The notes beneath the pieces were generated by a model, which saw nothing but the letters and a program-made list of their open reading frames with translations, did not search any database and was not told the DNA's origin. A program made the translations under genes and the position numbers. A stretch of 64,000 nt of DNA from Aureliella sp. (GTDB lineage: Bacteria; Planctomycetota; Planctomycetia; Pirellulales; Pirellulaceae). Positions within the stretch are counted from its first letter, which is position 1, and every line of letters starts with the position of its first letter. The stretch covers positions 1,408,001 through 1,472,000 of the forward strand of contig OY829846.1 in NCBI GenBank assembly GCA_963691875.1, in the 5' to 3' direction. Positions 9,282-20,015 of the stretch are shown piece after piece.

Positions 9282-10295
9282 ATGCGAAATCCGCTGGTCA
9301 AATACTCCATCAACGCCCTCAAAATCCTGATTCCACTCGGTATCTTTGCCTATCTACTGTGGCAAGTTGACTCGGAAGATTACCGGATTTTTTGGCAACA
9401 AACCAAACGCTGGGAGCTCTTGTTGCTAGCGGTCGGCACGGCCTTTACCAGCATTCTGCTTAGCTTTTTCCGTTGGTATTTGCTGGTGCGGGCGTTTCGA
9501 ATTCCGTTCAGCGTTCTGGAAGCATTTCGCCTTGGCTTCATTGGCTACCTGTTAAACTTCGTTTCCTTTGGAAGCGTCGGAGGTGATGTTTTCAAAGCGA
9601 TCTTGGTAGCCAAAGATCATAAGGAACATCGCCCCGAAGCAGTTGCTTCCGTTTTGCTCGATCGTGCAATTGGCCTGCTGGGGCTGGTTATCTTGGCAAC
9701 CATCGGCCTGACCATCTTTGCCAGCGATTCGCTATCGACCATTATGCTCGGCATCCGCAACTCCGCCGCTGTCGTCGCTGTGGCTTCCATCCTGGCATTG
9801 ACTGCGGCCATGTATCTGGGCAGCTTCTACGAACGTATTATTGCAATCGTAGAAAAGCTACCTGTGCTCGGCGAACCGGTGGGGCGAATGGCGCGAGCAG
9901 TTCGTTTGCTACGTCGAAACCCTTTTCAAGTAGTGGTACTCGTTTTGCTGGCTGTTGTCGTCCACGCACTTATCACAAGTGCAGTATTTCTAATATCCTG
10001 TGGCGTGTATCAGGAGCGGCCGACTCTGCATGAGCATTTGCAAGTGGTTCCGCCTGCAATGGCCGCTGGCACTCTGCCGCTGGCGCCCGGTGGAATGGGC
10101 TACCAAGAAGGCGCGTTGTCGGTGCTATTCAAGGAGCTGCAGAGCCTTCCAAATGGCTTTTCAGGAATCTTGGTTGCCACGATCTACCGCCTGTTCACTC
10201 TATGCATCGCTGGCGTAGGTTTGATCTTCTATTTGGTCAGCCCAGTCCCAATTCGAGAGTTGGATGGTATAGCCGAAGAGGCACGAGAGAAATAG
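9282..10295 (+). CDS. Lysylphosphatidylglycerol synthase TM-domain / UPF0104 flippase-like membrane protein
   Basis: RW..L, SVGGDVFK, SVLLDRAIGL, PLAPGGMG and YR motifs; many TM segments. Confidence 0.85.
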   Translation: MRNPLVKYSINALKILIPLGIFAYLLWQVDSEDYRIFWQQTKRWELLLLAVGTAFTSILLSFFRWYLLVRAFRIPFSVLEAFRLGFIGYLLNFVSFGSVGGDVFKAILVAKDHKEHRPEAVASVLLDRAIGLLGLVILATIGLTIFASDSLSTIMLGIRNSAAVVAVASILALTAAMYLGSFYERIIAIVEKLPVLGEPVGRMARAVRLLRRNPFQVVVLVLLAVVVHALITSAVFLISCGVYQERPTLHEHLQVVPPAMAAGTLPLAPGGMGYQEGALSVLFKELQSLPNGFSGILVATIYRLFTLCIAGVGLIFYLVSPVPIRELDGIAEEAREK

Positions 10296-10461
10296 CCGTC
10301 AAAATTAGTCCACCCTCTGCAGATACGATACAAACGGTATTCTCGGCATACGATGAAGTGGTGCTTGGAGCTAGAGTCGCTTCCGTGTCGGAAGCGGAGC
10401 ACAAGCTAGATTGTAGTGGGCTACGGTTCAAGGGGCCGTGTACACTTTTAAGCTCTGATCC

Positions 10462-12045
10462 ATGAATACGCCGCCGAATCAGCAACCTTTTCAGGGAATC
10501 ACCACAGCCTTCCTGAGATGGAATTGGATCTGGATCGCTTCCACCGCGCTCTGTTCAGTCGCGGGCCTGCTCTACGTTCAGCTTTTACAACCTCGTCAAT
10601 GGACCGCCACGCAGCGGTTGATCATCGATGAAGACCTCGGCGAGAAACTGCTCGACTTTGCAAGAAGCCCGGAATTCTTGGACTCCACCGCCAAGCAGAC
10701 TTCTCTGGAGTTTTCGCAGAATCGCAACGCTGCCATCGATGCTTCCAAATTGGAACTCCGTCTGACATGCGTTCCAGCTGAAGGCAGCGACGGATACCGA
10801 CGCGAAAGTTGTATAGCTGTTCAAGTCACCGCGAACTCCAAGCAGCAAGTAACCGACCTTGCAACGGAAGTGGCTAAAGCAGCAGAAAAACGTCTTCGCG
10901 AAGCTACGCGCAAGCGACTGGAAGAAGAAGCTGTGCGGAGTGAGCGTCTGGCTCAAGCGGTTGCGTCAGAACTAGAGACAGCAGAAAAGCTTCTCGCCGA
11001 ATTACCAATTCAAGCCGAGCAAGAACTCGGGATTGAGGTGAAGGATGTCGTGTGGTCAACAGGTGACTCTTCATTAAAACGCAGGTTGGATCGTATTCGC
11101 ATCGCCGCCGATCACCTGGAAGACCAGCGGTTGGCGCTGAAGCATGAACGGAAGCGGATCAAGCAGTTACTAGACAACCCCGCTGGCCTGCTGGAACAAC
11201 GCGTGTCGGAAAAAAGTCACAACGCCAAGCTGGCGGAGTTGCGAGGAGTATGGGCAACGTCCTTGATGCATATTACGGAGTTGCAGTCACGTTACACCGA
11301 AGCCCATCCGCTCGTGATCGCGGCTCGCGAAACGGAACGATCACTAGCAGCTCAAGTCAATGCAGAACTAGAAAGCGCCAGGGTATTGCTCGAAAAAGAA
11401 TTAAGTGCGAACCAAGCCGACATTGCGGCTATCGAGGAGGAGCAAGTCGAAGCAGTGCTTGCAATCGGGCAATTAAAGTCTTTTCTCGACCAGTACGCTG
11501 ATGCAATTGATCTTTCCAAGCACAAACGAGTGGAGCTTAGGACTGCGGAATCAGCAATCGCTTTAGCTCTTGCAAGACGAGAAGCCATAGCAACGGCAAG
11601 TTTGGTGACGTCGAAGGCTGCTCCGAAGCTTGCTGCAGTTGAGCCAGGCGTTGCAGGTTCTACGGTTGTCGCCGGAGCTACGCTATCAGGTCTCATTCTC
11701 GGATTCGGACTAATCCTTTTGTTCAAACCGCCGCATTCAAATCTGAAGCGAAGCCCAATAGAAGGGCCGCTGAGCACAGAGTTCCGGGCGGAAACTGAAG
11801 CTAACTCAAGCCCCACTTTATCTCGAAAATTTGAAGCGCAGGAAGAGTTAGTATTGAACGAATTGGCAGCAACAGTGACTGAGCTCTGGATCGCTAACGA
11901 CTCGAGTGCGATAGCTCAAGACACAAATTCCCCGGAAGAAACAAAAGAAAAGGAAGCAGAGCCGCAGCAACTGCCCGCAGAACTTGTGGGAGCGAGCACG
12001 ATGACATTCTCCGAAGAGGCGAATTCGCCACCGCAACCGAAATAA
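10462..12045 (+). CDS. GumC/Wzz-like polysaccharide co-polymerase-type coiled-coil protein
   Basis: N- and C-terminal TM segments around a long coiled coil; RYTEAHPLV motif; no kinase domain. Confidence 0.65.
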   Translation: MNTPPNQQPFQGITTAFLRWNWIWIASTALCSVAGLLYVQLLQPRQWTATQRLIIDEDLGEKLLDFARSPEFLDSTAKQTSLEFSQNRNAAIDASKLELRLTCVPAEGSDGYRRESCIAVQVTANSKQQVTDLATEVAKAAEKRLREATRKRLEEEAVRSERLAQAVASELETAEKLLAELPIQAEQELGIEVKDVVWSTGDSSLKRRLDRIRIAADHLEDQRLALKHERKRIKQLLDNPAGLLEQRVSEKSHNAKLAELRGVWATSLMHITELQSRYTEAHPLVIAARETERSLAAQVNAELESARVLLEKELSANQADIAAIEEEQVEAVLAIGQLKSFLDQYADAIDLSKHKRVELRTAESAIALALARREAIATASLVTSKAAPKLAAVEPGVAGSTVVAGATLSGLILGFGLILLFKPPHSNLKRSPIEGPLSTEFRAETEANSSPTLSRKFEAQEELVLNELAATVTELWIANDSSAIAQDTNSPEETKEKEAEPQQLPAELVGASTMTFSEEANSPPQPK

Positions 12046-12176
12046 CCTGCATTCCCCCCGACGTGACGCGAGTTCTGCCCCATTCTGAACTTGCGAGTTT
12101 TCGCAATGCGTAGCATAACTGCTGGGAAGCGGACTCCAAGTGACATAATCGCTTTCGCAAAAACAATGGAAGCCCG

Positions 12177-12980
12177 ATGGTCGAAGTCGATCAACTCACC
12201 AAATCCTATCCTGATCTACAAACCGGGAAATTCGTGGCCTTGGACCATGTTTCCTTCAGCGTCGGCGAAGGCGAAATCTTCGGTTTGCTGGGGCCGAATG
12301 GTGCTGGTAAAACCACAGCGCTGCGGATCTTAAGTACCGTTCTGCAGCCTACAAGTGGAACTGCGTCGATCAACGGTTTTGACGTGACGAAGCATCCATA
12401 CGAAGTCCGTCACAGCATCGGCTTTGTTTCCAACAACACGGCGATTTACGAACGCATGACGGCCTGGGAAATGGTCGAGTACTTCGGCAAGCTCTACGGT
12501 CTTGAGCAGGAGCGACTCGAGCAACGCATGGAAACTGTTTTTTCACAGCTTCAAATGAACGAGATTCGCGATATCGCGGGTGCTCGCATGTCGACCGGGA
12601 TGCAACAGAAAGTCAACATTGCTCGAGCCATCGTGCATGACCCCCCGGTGCTGGTGTTCGACGAAGCCTCCCTAGGCTTGGATGTGTTGGTAGCTCGTGC
12701 CCTCCTGGAGATCATTTCGAAACTTCGTGACGAAGGAAAGTGTATTATCTTTTCGACGCACATCATGCGTGAAGTCGAACGCCTTTGTGATCGAGTAGGA
12801 ATCTTGCACCGTGGAAAGATGCTTGCCTACGGCACCCTAGCGGAGCTAGCGGCCCAAGAGCAAGAGTCGGATTTCGAGGAACTCTTCTTCCGCATGTTAA
12901 AGAATTCCGACGCGCAGCGTGAGGCTGCGGAAGGCGACAAGAATTTCGTCAAGACCGTCAGCTTGTGGGGGAACTCATGA
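12177..12980 (+). CDS. natA: ABC transporter ATP-binding protein, NatA-like
   Basis: GPNGAGKTT, signature [22 protein letters not shown]. Confidence 0.88.
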   Translation: MVEVDQLTKSYPDLQTGKFVALDHVSFSVGEGEIFGLLGPNGAGKTTALRILSTVLQPTSGTASINGFDVTKHPYEVRHSIGFVSNNTAIYERMTAWEMVEYFGKLYGLEQERLEQRMETVFSQLQMNEIRDIAGARMSTGMQQKVNIARAIVHDPPVLVFDEASLGLDVLVARALLEIISKLRDEGKCIIFSTHIMREVERLCDRVGILHRGKMLAYGTLAELAAQEQESDFEELFFRMLKNSDAQREAAEGDKNFVKTVSLWGNS

Positions 12981-15301
12981 ATTGGCGTCACATACAACTT
13001 ATCTTCCAACGCGAAATGAGTGATCAGCTACGCGATCGGCGAACGCTGTTTACCATCACAATCTTGCCGTTGTTACTTTATCCCTTCATTGGGATGTTGA
13101 TGACGCAAGTCGCGCAATTCAAACGCGACAGTTCGGTAAGCATTCAAGTGTTTGGGCTCGAGAATTGGCCCAAGCAACTTCCATTGCTTGACGAAAATGG
13201 TGAATTGCAAGTGCGTCCGGGAATGGAATCGCTTGTGAAAGGCGTGACCTTTGACCCTTACGACGGCAGCGAGACGGATCGCGAAGCGTTGGAAAAACTC
13301 GCGAAGGAATCGATAGATAAAGACCGCTACGATCTCGTGCTTTTCGTTGAGGAGAATTTCCGCGAAAAGCTTACCAAACGGCTTAAAGCAGATGAGTCGG
13401 CGTCTTCCGAAAGCCTGAGTGCCGGCGAGCTACCAGATCAATCCGCTGCAGAGGATACGGCTACAGACCCGAGTGTCGAAAATCTCGCAGCAGAGGACAC
13501 TCCTTCACAGGAAGTCTTGGCGGACAAGGAGGAAGCCGAACGAAGTCTCTCGAACGATGGCCTGAGCATTATTGCCAACTTAGCGCGTGACAAATCACAG
13601 CTCGCACAACGCCGACTCGGGGACGTGATTCGGATCTGGCAAAAAGAATGGACCAGCTTGCACCTTACAGATGCTGGCGTGAATCCCAAAGTCTTTGAGC
13701 CAATCAACCTACAAGCTACTGATACCGCACCAACTGCCGTGAAGAAGGCGATGTTGTGGGCCAAGATCCTGCCTTTTGTCATGTTGATCTGGGCACTTAC
13801 CGGGGCGTTCTACCCAGCAATCGACCTGTGCGCCGGTGAGAAAGAACGCGGCACATTGGAAACCTTGCTCTCAAGCCCTGCACGTCGACGCGAGATCGTT
13901 TGGGGGAAACTCGGAACTATCTTTGTGTTCAGTGTTGCAAGTGCTTTGCTGAATTTATTCAGTATGTATCTAACGGCTAGCTTAATCGTCAAACAGCTAG
14001 CCGCCGCCTCGCCGGGTCTACAAGAAGCACTCGGCCCGATGCCCTTCCATGCGCTCGGCTGGCTCTTGCTGCTGCTCATTCCCATGGCGGCGATCTTTAG
14101 CGCTCTCGCACTTGCAGTGGCCGCACTGGCGCGTAGTACCAAAGAGGGGCAATACTACTTGATGCCGCTGCTACTAGTGACCTTGCCGCTGGTCGCCATT
14201 CCGATGATGCCAAGTTTGGAAATGAACCTGGGAACGAGTCTGCTGCCAATCAGTGGCGCAATCTTCCTCATTCGAGCCTTCATTGAAGGTAGACTTGCCG
14301 AGGCCTTTGTGCACATGCCTTTTGTGCTTGGCGTCACAGCAACTTGTTGCTGGTTCTCCATTCGTTGGGCGATCAGGCAGTTTGAGAGCGAATCGGTTAT
14401 GTTCGCCGGCTCGGAGCGGTGGAATCTGCGACTGTGGGTTCACCATCTATGGCGAGATCGTGAAGACACCGCCACTCCGCCGGAAGCGATACTCTGCGGA
14501 ATCATCATTATTGTTGCATTGTTCTTCGGCCGAATCATGGCAGGAGCTGGAACACCTACGTGGCTGTTCATTGTTCAATCAACCATCGTGGTGCAGGTCG
14601 GTCTGATATTGACACCTTGCTTGCTGATGGCCACGCTTCTGACGAGATCGGTCAGGAAGTCGCTGCGTATTCACCGTCCGCAGACAAGTCACGTGCTTGC
14701 CGCGATTGCGCTCGGCTTTTGCATGCACCCGAGCTACATGTTGCTAGCCGAGGCTGTGACGCAAATCTATCAAGTTGGCGACGACACCAAAGCGGCTCTT
14801 TCTGGCTTCGAAGGCATCGTGACCTCCGCCCCTCTGTGGGGAGTAATCTGTGTCTTTGCCTTGCTACCTGCGCTTTGCGAAGAGACTGTGTTCCGCGGCT
14901 TCATCTTTGGCGGCCTGTTGCGTCAAAAAGGAGTGTTGAGAGCCATCATCGTGTCCGCACTCTTCTTTGGGTTTGTACACCCTGTTTTGCAGCAATCGAT
15001 CAGCGCTTGTTTTATGGGCGTGCTGCTTGGGTTTATCGCCTGGCGAACTGGCGGAATCATCTGCACCGTCATTATTCACGCGATCAACAACGCGCTAGGA
15101 ATAGGCTATGCCTGGCTTTCTGCCAACGACTACGAATTGCCACCTGCGCTCGCTTGGGCCATGCAAACTGAAGAAAGTGGTGCGTGGGGCTACACCGAAA
15201 CATGGGTCTTTATAAGTATGCTTCTCAGCATCGCTCTACTGTTCGTCATCGCTCGACGAAGCACAGAGACACAACGCTTCATACAAGCAGAGATGGCCTA
15301 A
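12977..15301 (+). CDS. NatB-like ABC permease fused to a CPBP (CAAX protease-like) domain
   Basis: RDRRTLF and [13 protein letters not shown] (NatB); [12 protein letters not shown] and HAINN (CPBP); ATGA overlap with the natA stop. Confidence 0.88.
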   Translation: MNWRHIQLIFQREMSDQLRDRRTLFTITILPLLLYPFIGMLMTQVAQFKRDSSVSIQVFGLENWPKQLPLLDENGELQVRPGMESLVKGVTFDPYDGSETDREALEKLAKESIDKDRYDLVLFVEENFREKLTKRLKADESASSESLSAGELPDQSAAEDTATDPSVENLAAEDTPSQEVLADKEEAERSLSNDGLSIIANLARDKSQLAQRRLGDVIRIWQKEWTSLHLTDAGVNPKVFEPINLQATDTAPTAVKKAMLWAKILPFVMLIWALTGAFYPAIDLCAGEKERGTLETLLSSPARRREIVWGKLGTIFVFSVASALLNLFSMYLTASLIVKQLAAASPGLQEALGPMPFHALGWLLLLLIPMAAIFSALALAVAALARSTKEGQYYLMPLLLVTLPLVAIPMMPSLEMNLGTSLLPISGAIFLIRAFIEGRLAEAFVHMPFVLGVTATCCWFSIRWAIRQFESESVMFAGSERWNLRLWVHHLWRDREDTATPPEAILCGIIIIVALFFGRIMAGAGTPTWLFIVQSTIVVQVGLILTPCLLMATLLTRSVRKSLRIHRPQTSHVLAAIALGFCMHPSYMLLAEAVTQIYQVGDDTKAALSGFEGIVTSAPLWGVICVFALLPALCEETVFRGFIFGGLLRQKGVLRAIIVSALFFGFVHPVLQQSISACFMGVLLGFIAWRTGGIICTVIIHAINNALGIGYAWLSANDYELPPALAWAMQTEESGAWGYTETWVFISMLLSIALLFVIARRSTETQRFIQAEMA

Positions 15302-15477
15302 GCTCGTTCTTGTTTGCCGCACGTAACGGAAATCGTCAACGTTACGCCCCGCCTGCGAAAGTCGCCGACCACCGGAAAAAACTCCTCGATCACTTCCCGA
15401 TCGCAGCGTCCACCACGACCTCCTCCTCAACTAGCAGCATGTTTCTTGAATTGCAGCCTGCATCCATTCGTTGCAAT

Positions 15478-16086
15478 TCATGCCGCTCTTCGGCGCCGCC
15501 ACAGAACACCCCCAAACAGCATGGCGAAGACTCCCAGAGAGGCCGGCTCTGGCGTCGACGCGTTGTTGCTAAACGCGTTGATGGAGTCCACGATGACGCC
15601 AGCTGATTCGGTAAAGTGGATCGATTCGAGAGGATCGGTGCCAATCCAGCCAATGAAAGTGGGGGTATGACTGGCAATGATAGAGGTCATATCCACACCA
15701 CTGGAATACCTGAACTCAATCGGCTGCGCAACCTGTACGTAGGTGGTAATCGCCAGAGCGTAGACGCCAAGTCCAGAACCTCCACCGCCAGTGATCGACA
15801 GCAACCCGGAACTACTACCGGCTTTCAGATAAACCTGGTCTTCCCCAATGAGAGATCCGTAGCTGCGGATCATGTTGGAGGAAGGTGAGCCATGTACTTC
15901 GCCACCGCCGCCTCCGATAGACAAAGTGTTCGGCACGTAGTCTGCCGCAAAGCCTTCGAAGTCTTCTGTCCAGGCTACATCCAGAGAGGACACGGCAGCA
16001 TCGAACGCAGACTGACTCGTCACGATCTCTCCAGCGTAAGCGGTCGTCGAAAAAACAACGACAAAGAACAGCACAACGACCTTCAT
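15478..16086 (-). CDS. PEP-CTERM-sorted exported protein
   Basis: Signal peptide MKVVVLFF...AYA; C-terminal TPEPASLG, TM segment, then WRRRR. Confidence 0.85.
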   Translation of the reverse strand: MKVVVLFFVVVFSTTAYAGEIVTSQSAFDAAVSSLDVAWTEDFEGFAADYVPNTLSIGGGGGEVHGSPSSNMIRSYGSLIGEDQVYLKAGSSSGLLSITGGGGSGLGVYALAITTYVQVAQPIEFRYSSGVDMTSIIASHTPTFIGWIGTDPLESIHFTESAGVIVDSINAFSNNASTPEPASLGVFAMLFGGVLWRRRRAA

Positions 16087-16376
16087 ACTTTCACCCTGAA
16101 TAACGCTTACCAAGTCAAGGTAGTTGAATCGCGAAAAATGCTCAAGCAAATTGCAAAATTGCTATGTGGTTCCTGTGCTATTTACAGTTGGACTAGCAGA
16201 ATTGGGAAGCAAGAAGTGCCTGTTCAGTGCGAACCCTAAAAAACTTTCTGCCTTCAACCGCATTTGTAAATCGGATGAGCTTGTTGATTTAGCATTGAAG
16301 CTCAAAGAAAAAAGCGGATTTCTCCGGGCAGAACGAATATTAGACCGCAGAACTTAATCCCGTCCTCGCCAAACGC

Positions 16377-16436
16377 AACGACTAGCGGAATGAGAGATAC
16401 TCAAGACATCAGAGAAATGGCGAAGACTCGCCACAA
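16377..16436. repeat. 60-bp direct repeat, copy 1
   Basis: 54/60 identical to 17004-17063 by hand alignment; contains the imperfect palindrome TGGCGAAGACTCGCCA. Confidence 0.9.
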
Positions 16437-16642
16437 ACGAAGAAAGCGACGATCCGAACTTAATCGAACCGCCGCTTTTTCAGGACTTTAGAAACGCTAG
16501 TCCTAGGCTCTTTCCCATAGGCACGTTAGAGCCAGCCAACCCAGAGCGAACAACGCTAGCACCTGTGGAGCTTCTATGATTTAAGGCAGGTGGTAGGCGG
16601 TACAATCTGAATAGCTTATTTCCATTGCTAGACCGCCTCGTT

Positions 16643-16864
16643 CTATGGCCGCGTGGACACGCTCTTCTCTCCGCATTTCCGGCATAGATACCTCTGTGCA
16701 TCGCGATAACCCTGTTCCTTTTTTCTCTCAGCCGCTAACTCCTCTTCGCGTTGTGCCTCGGTCATCTCTTCACGCGCGTTTTGCGCTAATTCACTACTTA
16801 AGCCAACGAGGATAAAAAAAAACGACGGACCAAAACCAAGCGTATATACCAATAACCATTCCAT
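16643..16864 (-). CDS. Small membrane-anchored protein with a single CxxC knuckle; possibly truncated
   Basis: N-terminal TM segment, charged coiled coil, then YLCRKCG; lies between the two 60-bp repeats. Confidence 0.45.
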   Translation of the reverse strand: MEWLLVYTLGFGPSFFFILVGLSSELAQNAREEMTEAQREEELAAERKKEQGYRDAQRYLCRKCGEKSVSTRP

Positions 16865-17003
16865 CTTTCTTTTCCGTTCGCTGTCAGCTCTCTGATACCA
16901 CCCGCCGACGGTTTGCTACACGCGAAAGGCCGATAGAAGGGCCTAGAACGTAACCGCCGGCGGGCTTGGTTGTGTTTGTGATCGTAGCGTGTAGCACGAA
17001 TAG

Positions 17004-17063
17004 AACGACTGGCGAAAAGAGAGATACTCAAGACATCAGACAGATGGCGAAGATTCGCCACAA
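17004..17063. repeat. 60-bp direct repeat, copy 2
   Basis: 54/60 identical to 16377-16436; contains the palindrome TGGCGAAGATTCGCCA. Confidence 0.9.
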
Positions 17064-17418
17064 CGCGAAATTGCGACGGCCGTAGGAACAAAAGGGCATA
17101 GGTTCCGGGCACAAAAAGACCGGCATACCACCTGGATATTGGGGATCGTCGGCCTGTGTGGTCTCTTGCTTCTTTAGGCTGCCTAGGTAGGGCTGCGGGC
17201 TAGCTTATGTGTCCTAGGCCCCGAATATTGAAATACGATAATGTATGTGTCCCGTCCTCCTTGTATGCCTAGGACTTGCTCTAAGGGCCTCTCGGGAATG
17301 TTCGCTAATATGCCCCAAATAGTGGGCAAAAGTATTTGCTAAGTCTCGTTTAAACAGAGGGAACGCCTCAGTCGTTAGGCGGTGCTCATGTGTTTTAGAT
17401 CGACCGCCAGGGCCAGTA

Positions 17419-17634
17419 ATGGCAGCCACTACCCTTAGCCCCTGCTGTATAGAGATTTCGTTCTTTCCAATATGCGGTATTTCGTTCTGGCTGATGCCCC
17501 TCCTAACCGGGGAGATAAAGGTTGGCGATGATGGCGTTCAGGGAACTGACGCGTTGAGGGCGGGTATCGCGCTCATCGTCGGTAACGCTGGTGCTTTGTA
17601 CTGTATCGCGATTATTGGTTCCAGAAAGAAATGA
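17419..17634 (+). CDS. Small hydrophobic ORF, possibly a gene-cassette remnant
   Basis: Two hydrophobic segments and a basic C-terminus; lies upstream of the attC-like site. Confidence 0.3.
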   Translation: MAATTLSPCCIEISFFPICGISFWLMPLLTGEIKVGDDGVQGTDALRAGIALIVGNAGALYCIAIIGSRKK

Positions 17635-17742
17635 CGCCTTCGTCGCAGAGTTCAGAAGCGGATAGCTGAGAGCGATTAGGTCCAACGTACTTGCTCAGTC
17701 AAGCGTGGCAGCAAGATTACCTCTTAGCACCTTTGGAATGCC

Positions 17743-17833
17743 GGATAACAATGTGATGCATTCGCAGCTTGGCTTGCTCGAGAGTTCTGCTTGCAAGATT
17801 GTGGTGCCGGCTCCGTGATCACTGCCGCCATCC
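17743..17833 (+). mobile_element. Degenerate integron attC-like site
   Basis: R'' GGATAAC; L'' GTGAT-G-CA pairs with L' TGATCAC leaving one extrahelical base; R' reads GCCATCC instead of GTTATCC. The layout resembles planctomycete cassette repeats as I recall them. Confidence 0.6.
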
Positions 17834-18038
17834 CGCGCAATCGAATGCCGTTTGGTAAGTCAGAATCGCAAGGGGCCGGGGACGCTAGAGATTTCCATAC
17901 TGACGCCGATCAACTTAACGAACGTTTACGCCAGTGGTTTACGGCGATGCAGCGTGAAGGCCAAATCCAACGTAGCAACTGAAAAACCTAGGGACAATTG
18001 CAGCGGCAGGCCCGAGAAAGACGCCTCAGGGTATCTAA

Positions 18039-18073
18039 GAAAAAAGCCCTAGACCCTTATGGAGGTCAGGACT
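18039..18073 (-). terminator. Terminator downstream of tRNA-Val
   Basis: Minus strand AGTCCTGACC...GGTCTAGGGCT followed by a T run. Confidence 0.6.
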
Positions 18074-18080
18074 AATGAAG

Positions 18081-18154
18081 TGGGCGGTAGAGAATTCGAA
18101 TCTCCGACCTCCACGATGTCAACGTGGCGCTCTAACCAACTGAGCTAACCGCCC
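18081..18154 (-). tRNA. tRNA-Val(GAC); CCA not encoded
   Basis: Minus strand GGGCGGTTAGCTCAGTTGGTTAGAGCG CCACG-TTGACAT-CGTGG AGGTCGGAGA-TTCGAAT-TCTCT ACCGCCCA forms a full cloverleaf. Confidence 0.97.
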
Positions 18155-18531
18155 TTCTTCGAAAACCTCTCACGATCGGGAAAATGAGTCGCGAGAAATA
18201 TTCTATCGAATGAGAGACCACAGTTTCTTGAATTGGGTTCGTTCGTCAAGGAGGGGAGATTCCGCTTTCGGTACGGATTTTAGCGATTGGCAGAATGTTT
18301 TGCTGTAGTGGGTAATTTTTCTGAGGTTGGAGGCTCAGCTTGGATTGGGGGACATGGACTGCAGGTGAATCCACTTCCAGATCCCAAGCAACTGGATTCT
18401 CAAGGCTGCTTTCTGCGGCTTCGCGTCCCTACTCGTGGCTTTTCGGCTCGAGTCGAACTTCGCAAAGTTCAGCCAGTGGCATTCCGGCCAGCGGCTCACG
18501 AACGATCGTGTTTGACTGAATTACGGCAAAT

Positions 18532-19788
18532 CTAGTTTCGCATGGTGAAGCCGAAGCTGAGAAGATGACCGCCTAGAGTATTGGTGACGCTGGAGCCGGG
18601 AACGCCACCGATGCCGGGTAGCACGATGGGCCCGACTCGAGAATTGTCCAAGTAGACCGAGTAGGCCAAGTTGGCAGAGAAGAGCTCGGTGAAGTTGACC
18701 GAACCGCCGGTGCTAATCATGTGCTGGTAGATGACAGGAGCAGCAAGATTAAAGAACGATTCGGAGTTCGATACCGGATTCTGATTGAAGGTATACCCAC
18801 CTCGCACGGTCAACTTTTCGGAAACTTTGCGTTGAATGCCGACCGCTGTGGACATGATCGAGCCATGACCTAAACCACCAAGAGCCCCGGTGGCGTCGAA
18901 GACTGGATCGTCGCCCAACCCATCTGCATTGGCGTAGTCGATGAAGCGAACATCCAGTGCAATCAGCGTATCTTCGTTGGCCTGGAAAGAGGCTCCAAAC
19001 GAAAAGATCAATGGTAAGTCTAGCTCAGCCCAAAGCTTCCTTGGCAAGCCGTTCTCATCGACTCCATTGAATTCAAAGTTCTCCATCCAAACAGGGCTTT
19101 TTAGCGAGGCTCCGAATCGCCAATGTTCGTTCAGAATAAAGTAGGAGCCAATCTGGAAGCCGCTGCCCCAGTGGTATCGTGTTGCATTGCCGGTTGAATA
19201 AGTTCCATTCGCGTTTACGGAACCCAGCACGAACGGTTCGAGCGTAACACGCCCCGTGGTAATCGTAGGACCTGCGGCAATCGAAAGTCGATCGGTGAGG
19301 GCGTAGGAGAGAACCGGAGCTATCTGAATGAAAAGTGCGTTGGAAGCGATTTGTCCAAGTCCGGTCGGAGGTGGCGCCAAAACTGGATTCGTTGGATCGG
19401 CTGGTAGATTGGTTCCAAAGCCAGCTACTGCACTGACGCTTGCACCAAACGTCAGTGCTTCGTTGCCTGTGTGATGGACGACTGCGATATTGGGAACTGG
19501 AAACGAACCAGTGTTCGCATCAGTGGAACCAGCAAAGGCACCCAAGCTGGACTCGACGGTATGGTTGGGGAATAAGAAGTCTAATGCCACCGCCGTCTCG
19601 GAACGCTCCATGCCGCTAATTGAAGCAGGGTTCCAGTACATCGCCCCAATAGAATCGATGGGAGCCGCAGCGGATGCACCTCCCATCGATCGATTGACCG
19701 GGCCGCCAGCCTGCAAAATCAAACCTTGTGCCATCGCCAGATTGGATAGGCAGCCTAGAATCGCTACGAATAAGCAATAACGTTGCAT
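18532..19788 (-). CDS. OmpP1/FadL/TodX family outer-membrane transporter
   Basis: Signal peptide, SMGGA, YWNPA motif, amphipathic beta strands, C-terminal beta signal. Confidence 0.88.
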   Translation of the reverse strand: MQRYCLFVAILGCLSNLAMAQGLILQAGGPVNRSMGGASAAAPIDSIGAMYWNPASISGMERSETAVALDFLFPNHTVESSLGAFAGSTDANTGSFPVPNIAVVHHTGNEALTFGASVSAVAGFGTNLPADPTNPVLAPPPTGLGQIASNALFIQIAPVLSYALTDRLSIAAGPTITTGRVTLEPFVLGSVNANGTYSTGNATRYHWGSGFQIGSYFILNEHWRFGASLKSPVWMENFEFNGVDENGLPRKLWAELDLPLIFSFGASFQANEDTLIALDVRFIDYANADGLGDDPVFDATGALGGLGHGSIMSTAVGIQRKVSEKLTVRGGYTFNQNPVSNSESFFNLAAPVIYQHMISTGGSVNFTELFSANLAYSVYLDNSRVGPIVLPGIGGVPGSSVTNTLGGHLLSFGFTMRN

Positions 19789-20015
19789 GACGTTTCTTCC
19801 GGTCCAAGATCAACGGGAGATCAACAGTGTCTCGTTAACTTAGGAATCGGGATAATCGCTACAATAGGATTAACTTACCAGCTCGCAATCAGTCAAAACT
19901 GCGTCAAAATACGAGAATTAAATGACGCTCCGCGACTGCGAACCCCCTCCAGAGGGGCACCGATAACCTTCTGATGCTTCCTATCTACCGTCGATTGATC
20001 ATTTCAGGTTTTTCC

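Noticed and set aside
16200..16225. sigma54 promoter for the PEP-CTERM gene
   Set aside because: Minus-strand GGCAC-TTC-TTGC is two bases too short for -24/-12 spacing.
16377..17063. CRISPR array
   Set aside because: Only two copies, 60 bp long and 627 bp apart, with no cas genes.
17231..17258. dif site (ATAATGTAT)
   Set aside because: Only part of the XerC arm and spacer resembles dif; there is no TTATGTTAAA-like XerD arm.
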